From the sequence record NC_026927.1: a stretch of 64,000 nucleotides of DNA; one strand, 5' to 3'. Positions 18,082-27,091 of the stretch are shown piece by piece. How positions within the stretch are numbered: the first letter of the stretch is position 1; the number at the start of each line of letters is the position of its first letter. A program made the translations under genes and the position numbers. The notes below the pieces were generated by a model that did not search any database, was not told where the DNA came from, and saw nothing but the letters and a program-made list of their open reading frames with translations.

Positions 18082-18774
18082 ATGCAAAAGAAAAACCGTA
18101 TCTCCCACGAAGAAGAAATTAAACTATGTCGTCAGGCACAACTACAAGATCATACATCCAAGTATGCTATGACTAAAATGGTTAGTGCTAATATTGGGTT
18201 GGTTGAGAAACTCGCTAACAAACTCTACATCAAGAATGATCAATACTCTTTCGATGATCTATACCAGGAGGGTGTATTTGGTCTTATCAGAGGTGTGAAT
18301 AAGTTTGATCCTGCTGTTGGATGTAGGTTCTCCACCTATTCCTACTACTGGATTTATAGTTATATTATGAGGTATTGTGAGAATAACCTAGGTAAGATCC
18401 GTATTCCCACTCACCTCCGTGAGAAAATGAGGAAACAGAAAGATAATAAAACAGAGTTAGATAGACTAAAGTCCAAAGTCCCGTCAGTAGTATCATTAAA
18501 TACAATAGTGGGTGAATCACTATCCTTGGATAATGTAGTTACATACACCGAGAATATCTCATTTGATGATGAGATGGAACATGTTTTGGTTGTTATGGAT
18601 GAGGTTTTGGATGAAAGAGAACACCAGGTTCTCTGTAGTAGGTTTGGTATTGGTGGTGAGAAACCTCTATCACAAAGAGAGTGTGCCAAACTACACAATG
18701 TTACCCATGGTGCTATCTATTTGATTGAGAAGAAATCAATCAAGAAAATCAAACACCATATGGGTTATAAATAA
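18082..18774 (+). CDS. sigma70-family RNA polymerase sigma factor
   Basis: region 1.2 SHEEEIKL, 2.1 ANIGLV, 2.2-2.3 DLYQEGVFGLIRGVNKFDP..G.RFSTYS, IRIP, region 4 LDEREHQVL..RFG.GG. Confidence 0.88.
   Translation: MQKKNRISHEEEIKLCRQAQLQDHTSKYAMTKMVSANIGLVEKLANKLYIKNDQYSFDDLYQEGVFGLIRGVNKFDPAVGCRFSTYSYYWIYSYIMRYCENNLGKIRIPTHLREKMRKQKDNKTELDRLKSKVPSVVSLNTIVGESLSLDNVVTYTENISFDDEMEHVLVVMDEVLDEREHQVLCSRFGIGGEKPLSQRECAKLHNVTHGAIYLIEKKSIKKIKHHMGYK
18766..18773 (+). promoter_or_regulatory. T4-type late promoter
   Basis: TATAAATA upstream of ORF 18791. Confidence 0.7.
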
Positions 18775-18790
18775 TACTATAGTAGATTCT

Positions 18791-20005
18791 ATGGCGATGA
18801 GATCGTTTCTAACATTCCTAACCGAAGCCCGTTCTCGTGCATCTAAAAGAGCCAAAGAGTTGGGACTCACTGGCAATGGTCACGGTGGATGGGAAGATAA
18901 CGAAGGTAACCTAGTCGCCATGACGGTGAAGGGTGATCTGGAGTTTGTGAAGGGAAGAGAACCCAAAGAGGAAGAAGAACCCGATGAAAAGACTTCTGCC
19001 CCTGAAGAGGAACCAACATCCAACAAAGCGCCTGGGGTAGATCCAGAGAACACAGATACTCCAAGACAGAAAGAACCAGCGCCTGTTCCCAAAGATAAGG
19101 GTATTCTAACTGTTGCTTTCGGTAGGTTTAACCCTCCTACGATTGGACATGAGAAACTAATCAATACTGTAGCATCATATTCAGAGAACGGTGATTACAT
19201 AATCATTCCCTCTAGGAGTGAGGATAAGAAGAAGAACCCTTTAGATATCGACACTAAAGTTAGTATCATGAGGCAGATGTATCCAACACACGCCGAGAAG
19301 ATTGTTAACGATCCACATAATAGAACCATCTTTGATGTTATGCGTAAGGCGCATAATGATGGTTACGCTGGTATTAGGATTGTTGGTGGTGGAGATAGAG
19401 TTAAGGAATATGAGAAGTTAGCCAACGCATATAACGGATCTACCTATCAGTTTGATGAAATTGATGTAGTAAACGCTGGTGACAGGGATCCAGATGCGGA
19501 AGGTGCAGAAGGTATGTCTGCCTCCAAGATGAGAAAGGCGGCAGCTGATAATGACTTTGCTTCCTTCAGAAAAGGAATGCCAAAGACTCTCAGTAACGAT
19601 CAGATGGTTTCTATCTACACTCAGGTTCAGAAGTCTATGGGTGTAACACCTAAGGAAGCTGTAATTGAAAACTGGAAAGTTGCTCCTAGACTGTATCCAC
19701 AGGAACTGAGAGAGGCTTATATCCAAAACGAAATCTATAATATTGGTGATACTGTCAGTCATGACACCACTGGTATGGTAGGTAAGATCGTAAGAAAGGG
19801 AACCAATCACCTCATTTGTGTAACAGAAAGTGAGGAAATGTTCAAGACCTGGACACAGGATGTTAGTCCCGCAGATCTAAAACCACAACCAGCAATCTCT
19901 ACTCCAAAGGAGAGGGAAGTTGGAACAGATTCCCTTAGATCTTTCCTTCAGAGGATCACTCCAGGAGAGAAAGAGCAATCCTTTATAAATAAACATAAGA
20001 AATAA
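18791..20005 (+). CDS. cytidylyltransferase-like (HxGH nucleotidyltransferase) protein with FLTEA N-terminal module
   Basis: TVAFGRFNPPTIGHEKL, IVGGGDR, AGDRDPD, MSASKMR; start moved to ATG 18791. Confidence 0.85.
   Translation: MAMRSFLTFLTEARSRASKRAKELGLTGNGHGGWEDNEGNLVAMTVKGDLEFVKGREPKEEEEPDEKTSAPEEEPTSNKAPGVDPENTDTPRQKEPAPVPKDKGILTVAFGRFNPPTIGHEKLINTVASYSENGDYIIIPSRSEDKKKNPLDIDTKVSIMRQMYPTHAEKIVNDPHNRTIFDVMRKAHNDGYAGIRIVGGGDRVKEYEKLANAYNGSTYQFDEIDVVNAGDRDPDAEGAEGMSASKMRKAAADNDFASFRKGMPKTLSNDQMVSIYTQVQKSMGVTPKEAVIENWKVAPRLYPQELREAYIQNEIYNIGDTVSHDTTGMVGKIVRKGTNHLICVTESEEMFKTWTQDVSPADLKPQPAISTPKEREVGTDSLRSFLQRITPGEKEQSFINKHKK
19984..19991 (+). promoter_or_regulatory. T4-type late promoter
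   Basis: TATAAATA upstream of ORF 20025. Confidence 0.7.
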
Positions 20006-20024
20006 GACAGTTCCTTTTTAGAAG

Positions 20025-21521
20025 ATGGATTTCAACGTAACCGAAGCTGTCGAGCTAATCGTATTGTTAGCCGAGACAGAACAGCTAACACTACAAGATG
20101 CTCTACAGGAGTTCCTATCAGAGACCGAGTTGGACTCTGAAACGGCATCCCATCTAAAGGGTGCCCTCTTTGAGAAATATTCACTCAGAGAGATGGCGAC
20201 TGACGCCGTAACAAACGCTATGATGAAAGTGTTTGTTAGTCGTCCAGTAGTAGAAGAGGAAGTGGAGACTCCTGATGGTAATCTCTACTTTGTAGAGGTT
20301 GAATTAGAGGAGGAAGTTCTAGAAGGTTATCTAACCCTAGAAGAAATCCAGAATATGAGAGTGGATGCTGATGTTCTATCCGTTAAGTTAGTTGATGAAG
20401 GTGTTCGTGACACTGACGCCGAGAAAGGAACAGAGGAAAGAAAGAAACGCCTTGAGAAGAAGCGTGGAATGAAGTTGGACGACCATCCTCAGTATCTGGA
20501 AACAGATATGAAGAAGCGTCAGGAGAATAACGAGAAGGCTCGTAAGGATATGGATAAAGTGAAGGGTCAGAAGAATCCTCACTTCGAAGAGTATGATATT
20601 TCTGAAGGTCGCAAAGAAGGTGAGTCTTCTAAAGATTACGCCGATAGAATGACTAAGAAGTATTCTGGTGGTAAGTCTAAGTCCTATGATCCCATGAAGG
20701 ATAAGAACTTCGACCATGACAAGGCAGAAAGAACCCGTGGTTCTATGGAAGAAGGTCTAGATGCCGTAGGTGGCGAAGACGCTGACATTAATAACGATAA
20801 TAAGGTTGATAAGACTGATAAGTATCTACACAATCGTCGTAAGGCTATCGGAAAGGCGATGAAGAAGGAATCAGCTTGGGCTGAGTATCTAAATCGTAGA
20901 GGAATCTCTGAGGAAGTATTCTCTGAAGGTGACCTAATCGACGCAGGTCGTAAGAATGAGGGAGAACGAAAGGGAAAAAAGATTACCGGGGAGGGTGTTG
21001 ATAACTCCTCCTCTGTGAAGTTGATGCCCCGTATCGCTGAAGCCGCTATCATCACTGAGAAGTCAGAGAGTAAGTCACAACAGCGTCTCTTTGGTATGGT
21101 AAGAGCAGCTCAGAAGGGTGAGAAACCCGCCTCTGGTAAGGTTGCTGAACTAGCTTCTAAGGTTGGTAAGAAAGACGTTCTAGACTTCGCTAAGACAAAA
21201 CACAAGGGTTTGAAAGAGAACTGTTGTGATAAGTGTGGCACTCCTGATTGTACTTGTGATGAGAAGCCCAAGTCTAAGAAAAAGAAAGCTAAACTAGATG
21301 AAGCAGGGATGCCTATTCTAGAGTATTCTAGAAACAACGCTGAAGGTCCTACACCTGAAATGATTGATCCTCCAAAGGATGAAGAAGGTAAGAAGGGTGT
21401 AAAGAACCCTAAAGGTAAGGCTAAGAGACCTGGTGCAGGTGACAGAAGACCTAACGACGGTGGTTCCGAACTACCATTCGATATGGGAACCGTACCCGGT
21501 GGTGGCGGTTGTGGTTGCTAA
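20025..21521 (+). CDS. charged low-complexity late protein, probable virion or prohead internal protein
   Basis: 498 aa, K/E-rich, repeated hydrophobic-X-E motifs; late promoter upstream. Confidence 0.6.
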   Translation: MDFNVTEAVELIVLLAETEQLTLQDALQEFLSETELDSETASHLKGALFEKYSLREMATDAVTNAMMKVFVSRPVVEEEVETPDGNLYFVEVELEEEVLEGYLTLEEIQNMRVDADVLSVKLVDEGVRDTDAEKGTEERKKRLEKKRGMKLDDHPQYLETDMKKRQENNEKARKDMDKVKGQKNPHFEEYDISEGRKEGESSKDYADRMTKKYSGGKSKSYDPMKDKNFDHDKAERTRGSMEEGLDAVGGEDADINNDNKVDKTDKYLHNRRKAIGKAMKKESAWAEYLNRRGISEEVFSEGDLIDAGRKNEGERKGKKITGEGVDNSSSVKLMPRIAEAAIITEKSESKSQQRLFGMVRAAQKGEKPASGKVAELASKVGKKDVLDFAKTKHKGLKENCCDKCGTPDCTCDEKPKSKKKKAKLDEAGMPILEYSRNNAEGPTPEMIDPPKDEEGKKGVKNPKGKAKRPGAGDRRPNDGGSELPFDMGTVPGGGGCGC

Positions 21522-21547
21522 ATAGTGATGTAGTTTTTAGGTATAAC

Positions 21548-21724
21548 ATGTCAAAAGTAGTGAGTCTACTCAAGCCAGCACTTCTCTGGTTGCGTGATTC
21601 TACCGAAGTGAAGAAGTTAGTAATTGAACTCCTCCAGCGTTACGCTGAGAGTACGAAGACTGATGTTGATGATTTACTCGTCGCCACAGTCAGTAAAGCA
21701 CTCCTCCCCGAAGGAGCTGAGTGA
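21548..21724 (+). CDS. small hypothetical protein
   Basis: MSKVVSLLKP...; CTAAATA element upstream; start moved to ATG 21548. Confidence 0.65.
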   Translation: MSKVVSLLKPALLWLRDSTEVKKLVIELLQRYAESTKTDVDDLLVATVSKALLPEGAE

Positions 21725-21897
21725 TGGAGTGTTTGTTGGTGTCCCATACTACGTTTTGGGTTCTAACAGGCGCGTTACTTCTTTCTGAAGCTATCGGTGA
21801 AACCAAATGGATTAAATCCAATGGAATTTTGTCATTCATCTTTGAACTTTTAGAGCATCTAGCTCGTATAGTCCGAAAGGCACTATATCAACGTTAA
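21724..21897 (+). CDS. small hydrophobic membrane protein (57 aa)
   Basis: own translation MECLLVSHTTFWVLTGALLLSEAIG...KSNGILSFIFELL...; TGATG coupling. Confidence 0.55.
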   Translation: MECLLVSHTTFWVLTGALLLSEAIGETKWIKSNGILSFIFELLEHLARIVRKALYQR

Positions 21898-21933
21898 CCT
21901 AGAGGGTATTCAAAACCTTCTAGGTTTTTTCTG

Positions 21934-21941
21934 TATAAATA
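21934..21941 (+). promoter_or_regulatory. T4-type late promoter
   Basis: TATAAATA; AAGGA SD before ORF 21977. Confidence 0.75.
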
Positions 21942-21976
21942 AAACTACCGGATATTCACACTAAAGGAATCAACAA

Positions 21977-22783
21977 ATGGCACTCTGGGGAAACAAAGAC
22001 AATTTACAAGGTCCAACTCCAGTTACTATTGTCGGCACAGCAACCTCCGAGTTTTGGACTGCTGCCGCAACTGGAATTGGCACCATCGCAACAGGAACCA
22101 CTATCGTATTGGGAGACGGTGGTTCAGCAGGTTTTGCAGTCATCGAAGCAAGTCTAGGGGCAGACCTAGTAAAGGTTAACCACCTATCAGCACTTGCTGG
22201 AGCTAACGCGGCTGTATATTCACTACAACCTATCTCACTCAAGAACGATCCTGGTTATGCTCCTACTTCAGCCGATGGCTCACTAGGACGTACTCAAAGA
22301 CCAGTTGGTTTGAGTTCCGCAAACATGACAGCATCAGCTGATACAGTATGGGAAGCTGATCACAGTGGTTGGGTTGGAGTTACAACCTACATGGATAACT
22401 CAGCAACACCTCCAGTGATGCGTGTTAAGAAGGAAGTTCTAGTCGCTATGTCTGGTATTCAGACTGGTGGACGTGAGTATCCTGGTATGTTCAGTAACGC
22501 AGCTGCCGCAGTTGTCATTGGTGCAGCATCAGTAAGTGGTTCTGCTACACCTGTAGCACTCACACCATCAGCATATACAGTATCTACTGCTTCAGCAACC
22601 GCTGGTGACCTAACCTATGTTTGGTCTACTAACGATGGTTCTGCTACAATTACTGGTGGCACTACAACTACCGCTAACATTGGATTCAGTACAGCTGGTA
22701 GCTACAACGTTACTTGTACAGTTTCTTCTGCAACTGCCTCTGATTCACCATCAGCAGACACACTTGCAGTAGTCGCTAGCTGA
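21977..22783 (+). CDS. virion structural protein with C-terminal Ig/PKD-like domain
   Basis: MALWG start, A/T/S/G-rich, YVWS...F.TAG.Y.VTCTV; late promoter. Confidence 0.65.
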   Translation: MALWGNKDNLQGPTPVTIVGTATSEFWTAAATGIGTIATGTTIVLGDGGSAGFAVIEASLGADLVKVNHLSALAGANAAVYSLQPISLKNDPGYAPTSADGSLGRTQRPVGLSSANMTASADTVWEADHSGWVGVTTYMDNSATPPVMRVKKEVLVAMSGIQTGGREYPGMFSNAAAAVVIGAASVSGSATPVALTPSAYTVSTASATAGDLTYVWSTNDGSATITGGTTTTANIGFSTAGSYNVTCTVSSATASDSPSADTLAVVAS

Positions 22784-22799
22784 TAACCAAGAGTAAGAG

Positions 22800-23183
22800 A
22801 TGAGATTTGACGAACTAAATGATGATAATTATCTCTTGTTTGCTATCAAGTTTTACGAGAATCCTCACGCGGTAACCCGTGATGATTTTGAGGATGATCT
22901 TAAGAAGATTAAGTATGTTAAACGTCTATTGAGACGTTATAGGAATATGGGTGTGTTAAAAACGCACCTCATACTTAATCACTTGATTGTATTATTCAAT
23001 GTATTTGGGGATGCTGCCGTTCCCCTCCTGTTCTATAACATAGAAAAGGACCTATGGCCAGCACTGAAGGGGTTCCTTGTGTTTATGCACAAACTTCCTG
23101 AGTTTCCTAGGACACTTATGGATGAGGTTCCCTTAGACGAATATTGCCTAGAACAACTGGAGAACATAGATGAGTCATCCTAA
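22800..23183 (+). CDS. conserved T4-like phage hypothetical protein
   Basis: MRFDELNDDNYLLFAIKFY...LILNHLIVLFNVFG. Confidence 0.75.
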   Translation: MRFDELNDDNYLLFAIKFYENPHAVTRDDFEDDLKKIKYVKRLLRRYRNMGVLKTHLILNHLIVLFNVFGDAAVPLLFYNIEKDLWPALKGFLVFMHKLPEFPRTLMDEVPLDEYCLEQLENIDESS

Positions 23184-23355
23184 ACTAGATATTCTAATAG
23201 AAGCCTTCAGGAAACTGAGGGAAGACGCAGGGATGACTGTAGGTGGTGGTAACATTGCCGGTATGCCTCCAGAAGATACTGATCCCCCTGTGGATCTAAA
23301 GAAGAAAAAGAAGAAGGTATTATCTACCTTCCGTAGAAGTTTACCCAACCAGTAG
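23170..23355 (+). CDS. hypothetical protein
   Basis: 61 aa overlapping the upstream gene; GGGNIAG...KKKKKK. Confidence 0.6.
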   Translation: MSHPKLDILIEAFRKLREDAGMTVGGGNIAGMPPEDTDPPVDLKKKKKKVLSTFRRSLPNQ

Positions 23356-23362
23356 GAAGTTT

Positions 23363-23749
23363 ATGTTCCAGAGGAATGACAATGTGAAATTGGCAGTCCT
23401 TGAGGAGAAACTAAGCACAGCAACTGATGTTATCTCCAAACTCGATGAGAATATCGAGCAACTTAGTCATCTTAGTGTCAATGTCAGCAAGATGCTAGCT
23501 GTCCACGAGGAAAAGCTAGAGGTTTCTAGGGAAGTTTCTCTGGAAACTGAAAAGGAATTAGGAGAACTATCGGATAGATTAGACGAAAAGTATAATTGTC
23601 TATCCAGAAGACTCTCTGTTTTGGAACGCAGAGTCTGGATGGCTGCAGGTGCCTTTGCTATTATAGGTATCTGTCTTCAAATTGGTATTATAGAGGGTGT
23701 TTCATTATCCCAAAAGTCTGTTATAATGGAGGTGTCCCCGACTGAGTGA
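23363..23749 (+). CDS. coiled-coil protein with C-terminal transmembrane segment
   Basis: heptad-like LEEKL...LSVLERRVW followed by hydrophobic MAAGAFAIIGICLQIGII. Confidence 0.65.
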   Translation: MFQRNDNVKLAVLEEKLSTATDVISKLDENIEQLSHLSVNVSKMLAVHEEKLEVSREVSLETEKELGELSDRLDEKYNCLSRRLSVLERRVWMAAGAFAIIGICLQIGIIEGVSLSQKSVIMEVSPTE

Positions 23750-23756
23750 ATACTGA

Positions 23757-24737
23757 ATGGATTTTGTTGATTCCAAGTTCATAAGTCTAGTATCCTCTCG
23801 CTTAGAGAAGTTCAAACAGAAGAAGTCTGACCTGTATAACTGCAGGTGTCCCATTTGTGGAGACTCTTCTAGGAACCGAACTAAAGCGAGGGGATATATT
23901 TATGCAGTGAAACAAAATACAAACTACAAATGCCACAACTGTGGTGTGAGTATGTCATTCTCTAACTTCCTGAAGGAGATAGATCCAGTATTACATAAGC
24001 AATATGTCTTTGAGAAGTTCAAGGGAAAGAACTCTACGCCCATCAAGAACGTTAAGTCAGTTCTGGATAAGTTTTCCTACGAACCCAAGTTCAAGAAGAA
24101 GACAAAGATTGATTTGCCCTCCGCCTTTGATGTAAAACTATCTAAGGAGTATCTGGATAACAGAAAGATTACCTCTGGGGAGTTTTATTACACAGATAAC
24201 TTCAAAGAGTTTGTGAATGTAATCAAACCAAGAACGTTTGATGACGAACGTGGGGGACCTAGAATTGTAATTCCCCTGTATGACAGGGATGGTGTATTGT
24301 TTGGGTTACAGGGAAGATCTCTTCTCCCCAGTAAGGTTAAATACATCACAATCATCCTTGATGAAGACCAACCAAAAGTGTATGGTTTGGAGAAAATAGA
24401 CCCCACACAGAGGGTTTATCTAGTGGAAGGTCCTTTCGATTCCACATTCATAAATAACTCACTCGCTATGTGTGGTGCTGATGTAGTATTAGATACACTG
24501 GGACTACAAGAACTAGTATATGTGTACGATAACGAACCTCGTAACAGGGAGATCTGCAATAGGATCAATAAAGTTATCGATCAGGGTAAGAAGGTTGTTA
24601 TTTTCCCCACAAATATAGAACAAAAGGACATCAATGATATGATCTTAGCAGGGCATGATATAATGACTGTATTGGGATCCAATGTCTACCAAGGACTAAC
24701 TGCTAAAATTAAGTATAACGAATGGAAAAGATTATGA
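23757..24737 (+). CDS. gp61: DNA primase
   Basis: Zn finger CRCPICGDS...CHNC; TOPRIM VEGPFDS, YDNEPRN, KDINDM. Confidence 0.95.
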   Translation: MDFVDSKFISLVSSRLEKFKQKKSDLYNCRCPICGDSSRNRTKARGYIYAVKQNTNYKCHNCGVSMSFSNFLKEIDPVLHKQYVFEKFKGKNSTPIKNVKSVLDKFSYEPKFKKKTKIDLPSAFDVKLSKEYLDNRKITSGEFYYTDNFKEFVNVIKPRTFDDERGGPRIVIPLYDRDGVLFGLQGRSLLPSKVKYITIILDEDQPKVYGLEKIDPTQRVYLVEGPFDSTFINNSLAMCGADVVLDTLGLQELVYVYDNEPRNREICNRINKVIDQGKKVVIFPTNIEQKDINDMILAGHDIMTVLGSNVYQGLTAKIKYNEWKRL

Positions 24738-27034
24738 ATTCTGTGATCAGTGTTGTTAAGAGGTCTGGTGACAAGGAAGTACTTGACATTAACAAACTTC
24801 ACGTAATGGTCGAGGCTGCTTGTGACGATCTATCTGGAGTCTCTGCCTCACAGGTAGAGATGAACTCAAATATTCAGTTCTATGATGGAATTACAACTGA
24901 TGCAATTCAGGAAATTCTTATTAAGAGTGCTTCTGATTTGATTGATCTTGATCACCCAAACTATCAGTTTGTTGCTGCTAGGTTGTTGTTGTTTGCTGTA
25001 CGCAAACAGGTTTTTGATCGGATGCATGAACTACCTGATGTTAAGTCGCATGTTAGGAAGTGTGTAGACGCAGGTGTTTATGATGCCGAAATCTTTGATC
25101 TCTATAGTGACGAAGAGTTTGCTGAGTTTGATAAGATTATCAATCACGACAGGGACTATATCTTCACCTTTGCTGGTCTCCGTCAGGTGGTAGATAAGTA
25201 TTTGGTTCAGGATAGGACCAATAATAAGATGTATGAAACACCTCAGTTCATGTATCTCCTTATCGCCGCTACTATCTTCTCTCAGTATCCCAGAGATACA
25301 AGAATGTCCTATGTGAAACGTTACTATGACGCAATCTCAAAGCACCGCATCAATATTCCAACGCCTATTATGGCAGGCGTTAGAACGCCCCTTAGGCAGT
25401 TCGCTAGCTGCGTTCTTATTGATTCCGACGACAGTCTCGATTCTATCTTTAGTTCTGATATGGCTATTGGCAGATATGTTGCGCAAAGAGCTGGAATCGG
25501 GATCAACGCTGGTAGAATCCGTGGACTCAACAGTAAGATCCGTGGTGGAGAGGTCAGTCATACAGGGGTAATTCCTTTCCTTAAGAAGTTTGAAACTACC
25601 GTTAGGTGTTGTACCCAGAACGGTATCAGGGGAGGTTCGGCAACAGTTCACTTCCCTATCTGGCACCAAGAGATTGAAGACATCATGGTGTTGAAGAACA
25701 ACAAAGGTACAGAAGACAATCGAGTGAGGAAACTTGACTACTCAATCCAACTATCAAAGATTTTCTACGAGCGTTTCATCCAGAATGGAGAGATTAGCTT
25801 GTTCTCACCGCATGACGTACCAGGTTTGTATGATGCTTTTGGTACTGATGACTTTGACACTCTATATCGGATGCATGAACTCAATGATGCTGTTCCAAGA
25901 ACGACACACAAAGCACAAGAGTTAATCATGGATCTCTTGAAGGAGAGATCTGAGACTGGTCGTATCTACTTAATGAATATCGATCATTGTAACTCCCACT
26001 CGTCCTTCTTGGATAAGGTGGAGATGTCCAACCTCTGTCAGGAGATTACACTACCTACAAGACCCCTAAACCATATCGATGATACCGAAGGTGAGATTGC
26101 TCTCTGTATCCTCTCTGCGTTGAACGTAGGTAAGTTACGCAACCTAGAAGAGATGGAGGAGCTATGTGACTTGGCAATTCGTGGTTTAGATGAACTCATT
26201 GACTTCCAAAACTACCCCATCAAGGCAGCTGAAATTGCTACTAAGAATCGTAGGTCTCTAGGTATTGGTTATATTGGGTTGGCACACTACCTAGCGAAAC
26301 ATAGAGTTGGGTATAATGATCAGGAAGCATTCCAATTGGTTCATGATCTAACTGAACACTTCCAGTACTATCTAATCAAGGCAACAACTAATCTCGCCAA
26401 AGAGAAGGGAGCTTGTGGTTGGTCTGATCGTACTAAGTACAGTCAGGGTATTCTACCTATCGACACATACAAGAGTGATGTGGATGAGATTGTTCCCAAC
26501 GTCCTCACACTAGACTGGGAAGCTCTACGAGCCGATTGTCTGAAGTATGGAGTCCGTAACTCCACCCTCTCGGCACAGATGCCCTCTGAGTCCTCCTCAG
26601 TCGTCTGTAACGCCACCAACGGTATCGAACCACCCAGAGGGTTCCTATCGGTGAAGAAGTCCAAGAAGGGAACCCTGAAACAGATTGTTCCTTCCTATCC
26701 ATACCTCAAGCAGTTCTACACTCTCCTATGGGAAATGGGTAGTAACGAGGGGTACATTAAGATTGTGGCTGTGATGCAGAAGTTCTTTGATCAGGCTATC
26801 TCTGGTAACTGGTCTTATAACCCTAAAGACTACCCAAATAATGAGGTTCCAATGAGTGAGATGGTCAAAGATTGGCTCACTACATATAAGTACGGTTGGA
26901 AGACTTCTTACTACCAAAACACATATGATATGTCCACCGATACTGGGGAATCTGACACCAAAGAAGAACTAGAAACATTACTATCACAGATCGAACTCCT
27001 CGAAGATGACGACTGTGACAGTTGTAAAATCTAA
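24734..27034 (+). CDS. nrdA: ribonucleotide reductase class Ia alpha subunit with ATP cone
   Basis: VVKRSG cone, PTPIMAG, FASCVL, SNLCQEI, MPSESSS, KTSYY; start moved to ATG 24734. Confidence 0.97.
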   Translation: MNSVISVVKRSGDKEVLDINKLHVMVEAACDDLSGVSASQVEMNSNIQFYDGITTDAIQEILIKSASDLIDLDHPNYQFVAARLLLFAVRKQVFDRMHELPDVKSHVRKCVDAGVYDAEIFDLYSDEEFAEFDKIINHDRDYIFTFAGLRQVVDKYLVQDRTNNKMYETPQFMYLLIAATIFSQYPRDTRMSYVKRYYDAISKHRINIPTPIMAGVRTPLRQFASCVLIDSDDSLDSIFSSDMAIGRYVAQRAGIGINAGRIRGLNSKIRGGEVSHTGVIPFLKKFETTVRCCTQNGIRGGSATVHFPIWHQEIEDIMVLKNNKGTEDNRVRKLDYSIQLSKIFYERFIQNGEISLFSPHDVPGLYDAFGTDDFDTLYRMHELNDAVPRTTHKAQELIMDLLKERSETGRIYLMNIDHCNSHSSFLDKVEMSNLCQEITLPTRPLNHIDDTEGEIALCILSALNVGKLRNLEEMEELCDLAIRGLDELIDFQNYPIKAAEIATKNRRSLGIGYIGLAHYLAKHRVGYNDQEAFQLVHDLTEHFQYYLIKATTNLAKEKGACGWSDRTKYSQGILPIDTYKSDVDEIVPNVLTLDWEALRADCLKYGVRNSTLSAQMPSESSSVVCNATNGIEPPRGFLSVKKSKKGTLKQIVPSYPYLKQFYTLLWEMGSNEGYIKIVAVMQKFFDQAISGNWSYNPKDYPNNEVPMSEMVKDWLTTYKYGWKTSYYQNTYDMSTDTGESDTKEELETLLSQIELLEDDDCDSCKI

Positions 27035-27091
27035 TCCATAACGTGATATAATAGGATCACTACTTAAACCATAAACTAACTCTCACCAACT

